DNA of 64,000 nt from the human T2T-CHM13v2.0 reference genome, Homo sapiens. Both the position numbers and the translations under genes were made by a program. The stretch lies in the NCBI RefSeq assembly GCF_009914755.1, contig NC_060935.1. One strand, given 5' to 3'. Below, piece by piece: positions 21,725 through 34,851 of the stretch (positions are counted from its first letter, which is position 1; every line of letters begins with the position of its first letter). The notes under the pieces were generated by a model. The model was not told where the DNA came from. It searched no databases and saw nothing but the letters and a program-made list of their open reading frames with translations.

Positions 21725-21993
21725 TCATCCCCACCAGCAGAGGAGATATTCGTAGCTGAGGAAGGTGACAGCATTGACGGGAAAGGCGCGGGCACTGTTG
21801 ATGGTGACCCCCCGGAAGAAGACTCCCAGTCCTTCCTGCCGGATGCTGCTCACCATGCAGTCCAGCATCCCCTGGTACACTCTGCGTCTCAGTCCATCCA
21901 TCTGCATCCGGGACTTGATCACGTCTAAGGGCGTGGCTGCCACCCAGGAAGCAATGCCTGCAAAGCCCCCTGCCACCAGCACCGTGGCTGAGC
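21725..21993 (-). CDS. SLC25A45: SLC25A45 coding exon 6 (last; aa 200-288, ...TPLDVIKSRMQ...YEYLLCWWG*)
   Basis: Acceptor ccccag at 21994-21999, 269 nt, third carrier signature PLDVIK, TGA at 21727-21725. Total CDS 867 nt = 288 aa. Confidence 0.96.
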
Positions 21994-22135
21994 CTGGGGC
22001 AGAGAGAGCCCAGAGCAGGGGTCAGACCCAGAACAGAGCATCCTCCCCAGACCCTAGTTTCCTTCCCCAGTCCCCGCTGGACCCTGCCTGCTACCCACAC
22101 CTCTGTCCCCCATCCTCTCACGCCACTTTACTTAC

Positions 22136-22394
22136 TGGGATTCTGGCCTTCTGGTGTGTACTGGCGACAGAGCCCTTCATAGGTGATGAAGTAGATCCCC
22201 ACCGTGGGGGTGTCCCTCAGCGTCAGGGCCCAGGCTCCTCGGAACAGCCCCCGGGGCCCCTCCTCCCGGAAGATGGAGGCTGCACAGTGCACGGGCCCCT
22301 GGTACCGGGGTGGGGGGCTCCCTGGCTGGGCCCTTGGCTCTGTCTGGTTTTGTAGCCGGACTTTGATGAGGTCAAAAGGAGCCAGACAGTAGGC
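22136..22394 (-). CDS. SLC25A45: SLC25A45 coding exon 5 (AYCLAPFDLIKVRLQ...EGQNP)
   Basis: caacag| acceptor and |gtaag donor, 259 nt. Second signature PFDLIK and the LRDTP amino-acid-carrier contact point. Confidence 0.96.
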
Positions 22395-24693
22395 CTGTTG
22401 GTGATGAAACATGAGGGCCCCGGGTGGGGCTTTGGGCTGGGAACTGGCCCCTTATATTCACAAGAGGAAGGAGGCAGGCAGGGGGCCACATCTTCCAGTC
22501 CCTCAGGAACCCTGCCGGCACCCAGCCTCTCACGTGCATGTGTGGCTGGGATGGCCAGGATGTCTGCATGCGACCGGGACAGGCCACCTCCCTTGGCATC
22601 AGGCCCAAGAGTGAGAGGCACTGCCCCTCATGCAACAGTGACCAACTTGCCTGGCCTACAGCAGGCACTCAGAACAAGCCTGGATTCTTTTTGCAGGAGC
22701 AGGTTGGTTTCTGGCCTCCCTAAAGCCGGCAGTGAGCATACCTGTACGGTGGGCAGGGCCAAGTGAAGGATTCAGCCTGTGACTGTGAAATAGCAAAGAA
22801 ACCACCCTTTCCCAGGGTGAAGGAGGTCCCCTCGTGAGTGCTGTTCTCCTGCGCCCACCTCTCAGAGGCCCGGAGGGGCACAAGGCCAGCCCCTCCTGCC
22901 TCCAGAGAGGCAAGACTCCTTCCCATTAGCATCCCACCAAAGAGGCTTCTGAGTGTGGGAAGGTGGGTAATGGGGGGACTTGGCAGGTGCTAGGGCTCTT
23001 AGAATCGGCAGAAGCAGATGCTACACAGATTTGGGATGGAATTGGGGCTGGAGTCCTGGTGAGGGTCAGTGCTGGGGGGATGTAGAGGGCGATGGGGGCA
23101 ATTAAGATTTGGGTCAGAGATGCCAGTAGGTCAAGATAGCTTTTGGAGTCCAGGTGAGAATCGGGGTCCATGTCAAGGCTAGCCTGTCTCTGAGGGATTT
23201 ATCTGTTTTTTGCTTGTTTGTTTTGTGACAGGTACATGGGCTCAGTTCCTCAGCCCTGGAGATGGCTGATGGCGACGGGGGCTGGCGGTCGCCTCTGGTG
23301 GTGGGTGGTGGTACTTAGGGTGTGGCAGGCCAAGTCTTCGCTTGTTTACTTTGGTCCCAGGAGTAAGGGTCGTAGGTTAGGTACCATCCCTTGGGAGATG
23401 GGGCCTTGTGCCACCCTCTAGAGCGTGCTGGCAGGGCTGAGCTCAGGGCTTCAGGAGGTGTTCTGAGCCCTGAGCTCCTGGGGGCTGAGGACAGGGCTAG
23501 GCTGACACCAGGTGACAGACACCCCCACAGGGGTGGTGGAGTGTCAGATGCCATTTCAGAAGGTCAGCTTCGGCGAAGACCAGGGCAACGTCTGTGCCCG
23601 TCAGAGGCTGTCAGTCCCTGCCTCTTCTTCCCACTCCACACTAAAACACATTTTTCCTTTAAGACTCTGTTAAACTAAAGCCACAGGTTTCACTGTAAAC
23701 CCAGGCTCCATCAGCGGCCCTCACAGTCCCCACTTCTGCTTTCCAAAGAGCTGGGGGGGCAGGGTGACTTAGAAGCCGGGCCTGGCCACTTAGCTTAGGG
23801 CTTCGGTTCTCTTCCTTGTGTTTGTGGGATGTGGCTCGCGGGGCTCAGGAAACCTATAGGTGGCACCTCGCACAAGAAGGGGCAGAAGAAAAGCCGGGGC
23901 CTCCGGGGGTCTCATTAATCATTAATTCATTTGAAGGAGCAGCCTGACTTTGTCCTTTGTCCTTGCTCTCTGCCCCATGAAGTGTGACAAGGAACTGGGG
24001 GCAGCTGCCCAGGAGAGGGCGACCCTGGCTTGCGGCTGGGGTGTCAGTGGGTGCCGGGCGCACCCTCTCCCTGCTTATGCTCACAGGACCCATTCAGCAC
24101 CGGTTCCCACTGGCGGCAGCTGGTCCCTCTTCCCTCCATCCACCCCTCTAAAGCCCAAAGCCCAGATGACGGCAGTGCCTGAATGGTTAATGCCCTGCTG
24201 GGCTGGGCCTCAGGTGAGGCTCCCAGGTCATGGGCACCCAAGCACTGCAGGCAAAGTGTAGAGCCAGGCAGGGCCAGGGGAGTGTCAGGACCTCATCAGG
24301 ACCCGGCCAGAGGGGCTGGGCTCACAGCTCTGCGGGGTGCTGGTGGTTCTCCAGGGTCAAAGGTCTCCTTGGGGAGTGGGCTCCCCACAGCTCTGAGGCT
24401 GGCAGACCCCTCTGGAGGGGGGCAAGCCCCGTCAGCTGGAGCGAGTGGCCCAGGCTGCTTCTCCCAGCACCCTCTTGGCACTGCCCACCAGCTGTCTCTG
24501 CCTTTTGCCCCCTCTGTTCCCCACAGCCCTCCCCCAGAGGCCTGCAGCCTGGAAGGCCATAGCACAGGCCTCTTGTTCCCGTCCAAGAGGCCTATGCCTC
24601 CACAGCTGTGGGTCGCCAGGGCAGGGTGGGAGAGGACAGATCGAGATGACCATCCCTATGACACCTGTGTGTGCCCACTCACTGCCCCCTCAC

Positions 24694-24879
24694 CTGCAGG
24701 AACCCCCCGGTGCAGCCCGCTAGGAAGATGTGCATGTAGCTGGGCGGCTGGGCCCGCCGCTCCTGGTGGGAGGTGGCCGTGAGCACCAGCAGGGTGTTGC
24801 TATAGACCCCAAACAGGACAGAGTTGACCACAGCTATGCTGGCAATGGGGAAGCTCATTCCCTTGAAGAAGCCCAGGAG
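24694..24879 (-). CDS. SLC25A45: SLC25A45 coding exon 4 (LLGFFKGMSFP...GCTGGFLQ)
   Basis: ctgcag| acceptor and |gtgag donor, 186 nt, phase 0-0. Confidence 0.95.
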
Positions 24880-25184
24880 CTGCAGAGAGACACAGTGGCA
24901 GCGGAGTAGGCACCGTGGGGCCTCCCCTTTGTCCTCTCCACCCCTGGCAAGGCAGCCTCTGGCTGGAAACTGCTCCCAAGTCCTGCCACAGGGAAGTGGG
25001 GACAGGCAGGGATGGGCTGAGGCTGCGCCTCTGGGGTGCTAAGCTACCACCCAGGCCCCCCAAGGATCCCAGACTTGGTCTTCTCTCCTCCAGGAGCAGA
25101 ACCCTGCTGGAGAGGGAAGCTGGTACCAACAGCCCCAGATGCCTCCCCGAAAGGGGAAGGACCCCAAAGGAGTGGGCCACTCAC

Positions 25185-25256
25185 GGACTCATGGCGGTAA
25201 ATCTTGACCATGCAATCAACGATGCCCCGGTAGGTGGTCTGGGTCTGCAGCCTCAC
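25185..25256 (-). CDS. SLC25A45: SLC25A45 coding exon 3 (VRLQTQTTYRGIVDCMVKIYRHES)
   Basis: ccag| acceptor and |gtgagt donor, 72 nt. Confidence 0.95.
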
Positions 25257-25449
25257 CTGGGTGGGAGGACAGAGCAGGTAGGGTGGCGGGATGGGCAGGT
25301 GGGCCAACCTTTCCCTCTGCCCCCTCAAGCGGGATGCCAACCAGCAGGAGAGGCAGGAAAGGCAAGATTAGCCAGGCCTGATCTCAGGGCACCCTGACAT
25401 TTGGGTCAGGTGAGATCTTTCATTCCTCTGGCAGCTCTCCTAAACTCAC

Positions 25450-25493
25450 CTTTACAGTGTCAAACGGGTGTCCCAGGACCAAGCCCAGAGCGC
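25450..25493 (-). CDS. SLC25A45: SLC25A45 coding exon 2 (GALGLVLGHPFDTVK)
   Basis: cacag| acceptor and AAG|gtgagt donor, 44 nt, first signature PFDTVK. Confidence 0.95.
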
Positions 25494-26019
25494 CTGTGGT
25501 GACAAGAGGGTGCTATGAGTGAGGGCCCTCGTGCCAGGCCCAGGAAGCAAGTCTGTGCCAAGAGGAAAGAGGGGTTCAGGCAGGAGGAAGGAGAGCAGGG
25601 CCATCTCAGACACATGCAGCCACCTTCCTGCCAAGCTCTAGAGACTCCAGCTGCCCCTGCCACCCCCTCCACACAGGCACTGGGCCAGGAAGGCACTGGG
25701 ACAAGGGAGTAAGACCCCAGGCCCCACCTGAGGATGCACACCCAAGAGGGAAGAGCCAGCCAAAGACGTACGTGTCCTCGCTGGAGCCCATACCCGGGTA
25801 TCCCACCGCCTATGAGCCGCGGGACTCTGGGAGAATCACCCAGGTTCCCACCTCTCCGAGAGCTTTACTCTTCTTTCTTCAACTCATAATGTCGTCGCCG
25901 GGATCCAGAGCAGGCCCTGCTGCCAGCTGGCCACGCAGAACTGCAGGGCCCTGATGGGGGTCATGCCTGGGCACCTGCAGAGGAGCTTCTCCCCTCCCCT
26001 CCACCTGCCCACTGCCTAG

Positions 26020-27125
<1,106 letters not shown>

Positions 27126-27233
27126 CAGGCCGGAACTCAGACTTTGGTCTCTGCTCCTCCCATGTCACCCATCTTCCCGAGGAAGTGACCTACCATTGGG
27201 TGTGATGTGACAGAAGGAAGAAAAATGTCTCAC

Positions 27234-27270
27234 CAGAGATCCAGCCAGCCACAAATTCCTCCACCGGCAT
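27234..27270 (-). CDS. SLC25A45: SLC25A45 coding exon 1 (MPVEEFVAGWISG); the exon begins at about 27288
   Basis: ATG at 27270 (ACAATGC), donor G|gtgaga at 27233, upstream acceptor ccaccag at 27289. Mitochondrial carrier related to SLC25A20/29/47/48. Confidence 0.93.
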
Positions 27271-27796
27271 TGTCTGGGCTTGCGGGAACTGGTGGCTCCA
27301 GCAGAGGAGACAGAGTTGAATTCCCCCCTCTCCCTCCCCTGGCCCACGCTGATAACCTCCCACTAATGTTTAACCCTGGCGGGAAGGTGAGAATTGGCCT
27401 GGTGCCCAGACCTCCGGCAACTGGCAGAGGAGAGCGAGCCAGTTCCGGTGACCCTGGCCACCTGGAGGAGTCGTGCAGAGTACAGTCTCACGGGCCAGGC
27501 GTGCCGGGACCACAGAGGCCCTGATCCCCGAGCCCGGCCAATGATCCTCGCTCTGAGGATGGCAACTGGGTTCCTGCCCCATGGTCGGGCCCCTCCAGGG
27601 CTGCCTTAGTCAGCAAGAGGCAAGCCCCTGCCTGCCCAGCCAGCCCAGCTCCACTCCCATTCATCTCCACCAAGGGGCATGGCCGCCCCCATGCCACAGA
27701 GAGAGGCCGGGTGCGGAGGGAGCGTGGCCACCAGGGGGTAGGCCCAGCCCGCAGTTGCCGCTGCGTGGCAGGGTGGGGAGGAGCCACTCCCAGGAG

Positions 27797-27930
27797 TGAC
27801 TCACCAGGCCTGGCTGTTCTCTTCAGGGTTGTTTACGACTCCCCCGACTCCCCCGTGTGAGTCAGAAACACAGCCTTCCTCGGCTTCCTCCTTCCCAGGG
27901 GAAAGATAGGGGTTTTGATTATTTAAAGTG
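27797..27930 (-). promoter_or_regulatory. SLC25A45: Probable SLC25A45 core promoter and non-coding first exon (about 27895-27805)
   Basis: Donor CTG|GTGAGT at 27805/27804. TATA-like TTTAAATA at 27927-27920. AP-1 sites at 27797-27803 and 27858-27864. Forkhead TGTTTAC at 27830-27836. Confidence 0.6.
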
Positions 27931-28691
27931 CGTGTTGATCTGCAATGGCACCATTCTGCTCAGTCAAAACCAAAACCCTTTCAAGGATCTGTGAGCCACA
28001 GGGTGCCGCCCATTCTCCTCTGACCTCACGTCCTGCCACCCACCCCCTTGCTTTCTCTGCTGCAGCCACCCGAGCCTCCAGACTCTTCTTCAGTCAGCCT
28101 TCTGTCTCCAGGCCTGTGGACTGGCTCTTCCCTCTTCCTGGGCACTCTTGCCCTGGCACCCCTCCAGCTGGGGCTCAAATGTCACCACCTGGGTGAGGTC
28201 TGCCCCGCCTCCCCAGCCGGAGGCACTGCTGGCTCTTCCTCTCTTTCTCCATCACAGTTATCACGCCAACATACGATGGGAAGAACTTGTCTGTCTGGAC
28301 AGGGATCTCTGGGTGTTCTGTGCACAGCGGGTGGCACAGGGTGGGCTCTCAATAAATCCTGAGTGACTGAATGAACGGAAATGTCAGCCAGCAGCATCAG
28401 CGGCAGCCTGGGGCTCCAGTTCCCTCTTCCCATCACCAAACGGCCCTGGGAAACATCAAGGCCCAGTGACACCTGCACCCTCCCCTCCAGATCTCCCCGC
28501 AGCTCCTAGTCTCCCATGGGGGACGCCCAAGGCCCAGTCCTTCTCTCCCTTCTCCTCTCACTGTGGCCAAGGCAGAACCCACCCACCCCTGCTGCTTTCT
28601 CCCGGGTGGACAGATTCGGGAAACAGGACCTCCTACCTCCTGCCTCTGGAGCTGCCTGGGGCTCCTTGGGCCACCCCCAAAGATCATCCTA

Positions 28692-29236
<545 letters not shown>

Positions 29237-30029
29237 TTATCTCTCTCAGTGATGTTGAGCAACCTCTTCTGTGGGCCTTGGGGTCTATTATTGTTTGCCA
29301 AAGTAGGACAGCAGTCGGGCTAATTGATGTCTAAGCCTCTCAGCTCTAAAGGCTGGAGGCCGCCTCCTCCCTCACTTCAGAATGGGTCTCATTCTCTTTT
29401 CCAATCTCACCGCCTCACCCCAGTTTGAGAAAGACCCTCATTCCCACTTCCCTACAGCCTTGCTGAAGGGAAGCCCACCTAAGCATGGCGTCATCTTGTG
29501 AATCTCTAGCTCACAACCTCCAAAATGTTCTTACTGTCTAACACGCCTGCCCCATATCTGTCATCCTGGGGTTCAAGGCCTCCCCCATGGTGCCACCCAC
29601 CTGCTATGCTCTCACACAGCGGGGGTCTTTCCTGGGGTCCTAACCATGCTCGTGCAGTTCCCACTACCTGGAATGCCTTTCCTTCCCCACCATCAGCCTC
29701 CCGGACTCTCTCCCAGTGCCCCTCCTTGACTAGACCCGGGTTCTAGCCTCCCCACCACCACCGCAGACACTCCCAGGTGTCAGTCTTTGACATAAAACAG
29801 AGATGTGATACTCACCTCTTAGTGAGTTCTAAGGATTAAAGCACTTTAAAAAGTGGCTGGCACGTAAATGGCAACTGCTAATACTTATTTCCACTCTCAG
29901 GACGCATGAGAATGACACAGGAAACAGGGGAAAGGGCCTGGCCCAGTGCCCCACACACAGCAAGTGAGCAGAGACTTTTCCTGCCTGTAGCATTTCATAG
30001 TTCTTAAGGCAATGCTGTCATCTTCTGTG

Positions 30030-30305
30030 GTTTTATTTATTTTTTTGGAGACAGAGTCTCACTGTTGTCCAGGCTGGAATACAGTGGCAGGATGGCGCTA
30101 TCAGAGCTCACTGTGAGCTCACACTCCTGGGCTCCAGCGATCCTCCCACCTCAGGCTCCTGAATGGCTAGGACCACAGATGTGTGCCACCACACCTGGCT
30201 AATTTTTGGGTTTTTTACAGATGGCGTCTCACTATGTTCCCCAGGCTGGTCTTGAACTCCTGGCCTCAGGCGATCCTCCTGCCTCGGCCTCCCAAAGTGC
30301 TGTGG
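30030..30305 (-). mobile_element. AluJ
   Basis: Diverged antisense Alu. Confidence 0.85.
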
Positions 30306-31108
30306 TTTTAAATGTGCTGTTCTCCTGGGCTTCTTTCTCTTTCCCCTCTTCCTTAACTCACCAATTAAACCACAACAGACACTTTCTGAGGGCAGGGCCA
30401 CGTCTCCCCTCAGTCTCCATCCCCTGACCTAGCACAAGCCCCGCATCCAGTAAGCATTCAAAACAACACTGAACTCTTCTGCTCCTGCTTCACTCCAGCT
30501 GGGTCAAGAGGCCATGGAGATACAGTGTGTCCTGGTCTGAGGGTCCCAGAGCTGAGAACCAGGAAGGAGATGCCTGCCCCCACTGGACACCCTTCCCTGC
30601 AGCCCACATCTGAGCTTCCTCAAGTCCTTAAGTCACATTGGCAAGGCAAATGTGATGTCATGGGCTCAGCTGTGGGGCAGTGTGGATCATAGGAGGGCAG
30701 GCAGAGCTGGTTCACATACCAAAGAAGGCTGGACTGGGTCAGGAGCTAGAGCTGCTTTCCAATCCCAGGGAACCAGGGCAAAGTGAACCCACTGCCCTCT
30801 GTTCCTGATCACCAAGCCCACTGCTGTCACTTGGGACAACTTCTGGTTCCTCTGGCCCCAGAAGGTGCCCCATGGACTTATTTTTCTCCCTGAGTTCCAC
30901 ATCTCAGATGCACACATGTTGCATTACCAGGACATGTCAGTGACATGGCCCTGAGGGTAGGTGGTTTCACACCTGCCTCTTTGGGGCCCCAAGTCTCCTC
31001 CCAGCCTGGGAAAACCTCAAGGTCTCCCAGGCTGTTGTGTAAGATAGTAAGGGCTCATGTCACTGCTCCCTGGAAAAACAGAGTGTCTGTCCTGGTTTTC
31101 TGATTTAG

Positions 31109-31419
31109 ACATATATATATAAATTTTTTTTTTTTTTCAGACGGAGTCTCGCCGTCGCCCAGGCTAGAGTGCAGTGGTGTGATCTCGGCTCACTGCAGGC
31201 TCCGCCCCCTGGGGTTCACACCATTCTCCTGCCTCAGCCTTCCCGCGTAGCTGGGACTACAGGCGCCCGCCACCTCGCCCGGCTAATTTTTTGTATTTTT
31301 AGTAGAGACGGGGTTTCATCGTGTTAGCCAGGATGGTCTGGATCTCCTGACCTCGTGATCCGCCCGCCTCGGCCTCCCAAAGTGCTGGGATTACAGGCGT
31401 GAGCCACCGCGCCCGGCCG
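31109..31419 (-). mobile_element. Young CpG-rich AluY, followed by a MIR at about 31470-31560
   Basis: Y diagnostics (ccattctcc, gttagccaggatggtc, gacctcgtgatccgcccgcctcgg). MIR core cattttacagatgaggaaaactgaggcccag. Confidence 0.88.
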
Positions 31420-31569
31420 ACATAGACATATATTAATAATCATTTAGAGAGTAGGGATAGTCCTTGGGGGTCATTCAGTTCAACCACCTCATTTTACAGA
31501 TGAGGAAAACTGAGGCCCAGAGGAGAAGGGACTTGTCCAGGATGAGTCTGGGCCAGGACTCATTCTCCT

Positions 31570-32460
31570 GACCACTGCCGAGAGCGCCACGGTACAGGCC
31601 GCTGCCAGCGCCGCATGGATCCCTGGCACGTGCCAGGAAGTGTCCATTTCACAGGCAGGGAACTAGCCCGAAGACCCAGCGTGGGCAGGCCAACGCCCCT
31701 AGCCTGATTCTCGAATCTTCGCCAAACCCTCTTACAGGCCAACAGTCGGGGCCTTTGTGAAGGGAAACTCGCTCTGGGTCACTCTGGTGGTGGCGGGGCT
31801 GGTACGTGACGCGGCCACCCCACGGGCGTGATGAGACACGCGAGGCTGGCGTCCGGGCATGCGCGGGCCGCGCGGGGCGGCCCTGGGCTCCCATTGGCTC
31901 CCCCGGGTCGAAGGGGGCGGGGCCTCGGGCGCCGCGCTTCCTCCCGCCGTGGCTTCCGCGTCGCTTCCCGGTCAGCTGCGTCCTTAGCGGGAGCCCGAGT
32001 GCGGGCGGTGGCGGGCTTGGCGGCGGGGCAGGATTCCAGGCAGGAGCCTTGCCTCTCAGGTGGCGGGCTCTGCGACCCTGCGAGGTGAGAGCACAGCGAC
32101 GTCTGGCCCGGGCCTCCGTCCCCGGCTGGGGGTGCGCCTTGCCCTGCCTGGGCATCCAGGTCGACCCCCGGTTCTTGACCGTAGCAACCCGCACCCCTCC
32201 CACCAGCGCCCGGTCTGCACTCTTGGCCCCTCCAGGCAGCGCCGCTCAACCTTGCGGACCCAGCCTGGGATCCCTTACCGTACTCACCGAGAGCTTGAGG
32301 AGACCTCCAGCCCCCCATCCCTGGCTCCCGGTAACTGCTGTTTCTCTTTGCCTTTGCAGATGGACGGGACAGAAGGCAGTGCCGGGCAGCCCGGCCCCGC
32401 TGAGCGATCCCACCGAAGCAGCGTGTCCTCCGTGGGAGCCCGAGGTGGGTCCCACCCGCA
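31570..32460 (+). promoter_or_regulatory. FRMD8: FRMD8 CpG-island promoter and non-coding exon 1 (donor GAG|GTGAGA at 32084/32085)
   Basis: CpG-dense. NRF1-like GCATGCGC at about 31857, inverted CCAAT at about 31894, GC box at about 31914, TACGTGACG at 31803, E-box palindrome at 31622-31637. Confidence 0.85.
32360..32444 (+). CDS. FRMD8: FRMD8 (iTAP) coding exon 1 ([28 protein letters not shown])
   Basis: tttgcag|ATG; donor G|gtgggt; 85 nt. All ten coding exons sum to 1395 nt = 464 aa + stop. Confidence 0.94.
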
Positions 32461-32705
32461 TCTCCTCTTCCACACCCTCCTGGGACCCCAGCCCTGGAGA
32501 AGTAGCTCTGGCTTGTCTTCTTTTTCATTAAAGATAATTTATGTATCGACTAAGAAATAATAAGGTACATTCAGATGTGGAAAACTCACAGAAGTCAGAG
32601 GCTCTGTCACTAGTTTACTGGCCAGGTTGGGTCCTCGCTCTCATTTGTAAAATGAGCTTGTTTAACATAGCTGTGAAATTCAAATGAGATTATATGAATG
32701 AAAAG

Positions 32706-33513
<808 letters not shown>

Positions 33514-34243
33514 TCATGATCTTCATTTGATAGGGAGGAAACTGGGCCCTAGGGAGGTTAAGTCCCAGGCAGGCTGTGGAAGCTCTCCAGGTGATTACAT
33601 ACTGCAGCTTCTGGTGCCTCAGTTCTTGCCTGAGAAGTAGATCTGAACCTGAGCCTCCTCGAAGTGATTTTGTGATCTCTGAGAGTAGCTGCTGGAGCAT
33701 AACAGACTGGGGGTCCGAGGAGCACCTTCTCTTGTGTAGATGAGAAACCGTGCCCTTCCCTTCCACACACTCTTGGAGGGAGGAGTATTAGCTCTACTTT
33801 TACAGATGAGGCAACTGACAACTTAAATTGACTCCCTGAAGTTGGCCAGCGACCAGGCAAGGATGGGAACCCGAGTATGTCGGCCCCAAACTCCAGTGTT
33901 CCTTCACCATGCCTGCAGTCTCAGGGATGGGGATTTGAATCTGGTTGCTCTTCCAGGTGTCTCCATTTGGCTCTGGAACCCACAAGTTGTCACAAGGGAA
34001 CTCTCAGCTATTTGGGCTGTTCTTCCCTAGCCTGCTTCGTATTGACTCCTGAGGCTTAAAGAGTCCTCAGACTTAAAGAGTCCCAAGGAAGCTGAGACCT
34101 GGAACTTGCTTTAACCTGGGTGACCTAAAGAATTATCTCTTCGCATCTTAGCCTCAGTCAGAGAGAGACTTGCCTAAGGACAGCAGCGGGTTACCAGCTC
34201 TCGCTCCTGCCAGCCAGCCAGACTAACTGCCATAGCCTCAGGA

Positions 34244-34295
34244 TGGTTTCAGCCTCTCTATGCTGTGGTTTCAGCCTCTCTGTGCTGTAGTTTCA
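34244..34295. repeat. 22-bp tandem duplication TGGTTTCAGCCTCTCTRTGCTG
   Basis: About 2.3 copies. Confidence 0.85.
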
Positions 34296-34683
34296 CATCT
34301 GTGGCATGTTCTTGTTCAGGGCAGAAGAACAGTTGAATCCTTGGGGCAGCTATGGTGGTGAGGGGCAGGTTTGCAATGGCCAGGCTTAATTTGAATCTTG
34401 GGGGATTGCGGTGGGGCTGGTCTCTGGGCAGGAGTTACTGGGTTTCTGGGTGGTTTAAGGGTGTCAAGGAAGCACTAATAGATAGCACTCGTGATAGGGT
34501 CTTTTGGGGCTGCTGGGGCTCTGCCTCTGGCGAGGACTCTGTCTCAGGAGCGTAGCCCTGGTCACCCCTGAGGGGTGTAGGGTGGGGGCTCCAGCCCCAG
34601 TGGGTGGTAGAGGGTGCCTGGTTGGCCTGGCCTGGCTGTGCCAGGCAGAGGCCTCAGCTGAGCCTGCCTGGTCTCCATCACAG

Positions 34684-34851
34684 CGGCTGACGTGCTGGTA
34701 TACCTAGCGGATGACACGGTGGTGCCCCTGGCTGTGGAGAACCTGCCCTCGCTCAGTGCCCATGAGCTGCACCGCGCTGTCCGCGAGGTCCTGCAGCTTC
34801 CAGACATCGCCCTGGATGTCTTCGCGCTCTGGCTGGTCTCCCCTCTGCTGG
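34684..34851 (+). CDS. FRMD8: FRMD8 coding exon 2 ([23 protein letters not shown]...LWLVSPLL)
   Basis: cacag| acceptor and |gtaagg donor; 168 nt, phase 1-1; FERM F1 lobe. Confidence 0.95.

Noticed and set aside
24093-24110. TTCAGCACC resembling a REST/RE1 site (and GGACAGCGCC at about 56512)
   Set aside because: Only isolated half-sites. The partner half is absent at the expected spacing.
31779-32528. 249-aa ATG-initiated antisense ORF over the FRMD8 promoter (and overlapping 241/184-aa ORFs)
   Set aside because: Arg/Gly/Pro/Ala-rich shadow ORFs are expected in a CpG island where stops are rare. It would need a promoter inside the FRMD8 intron, and it shows no domain.
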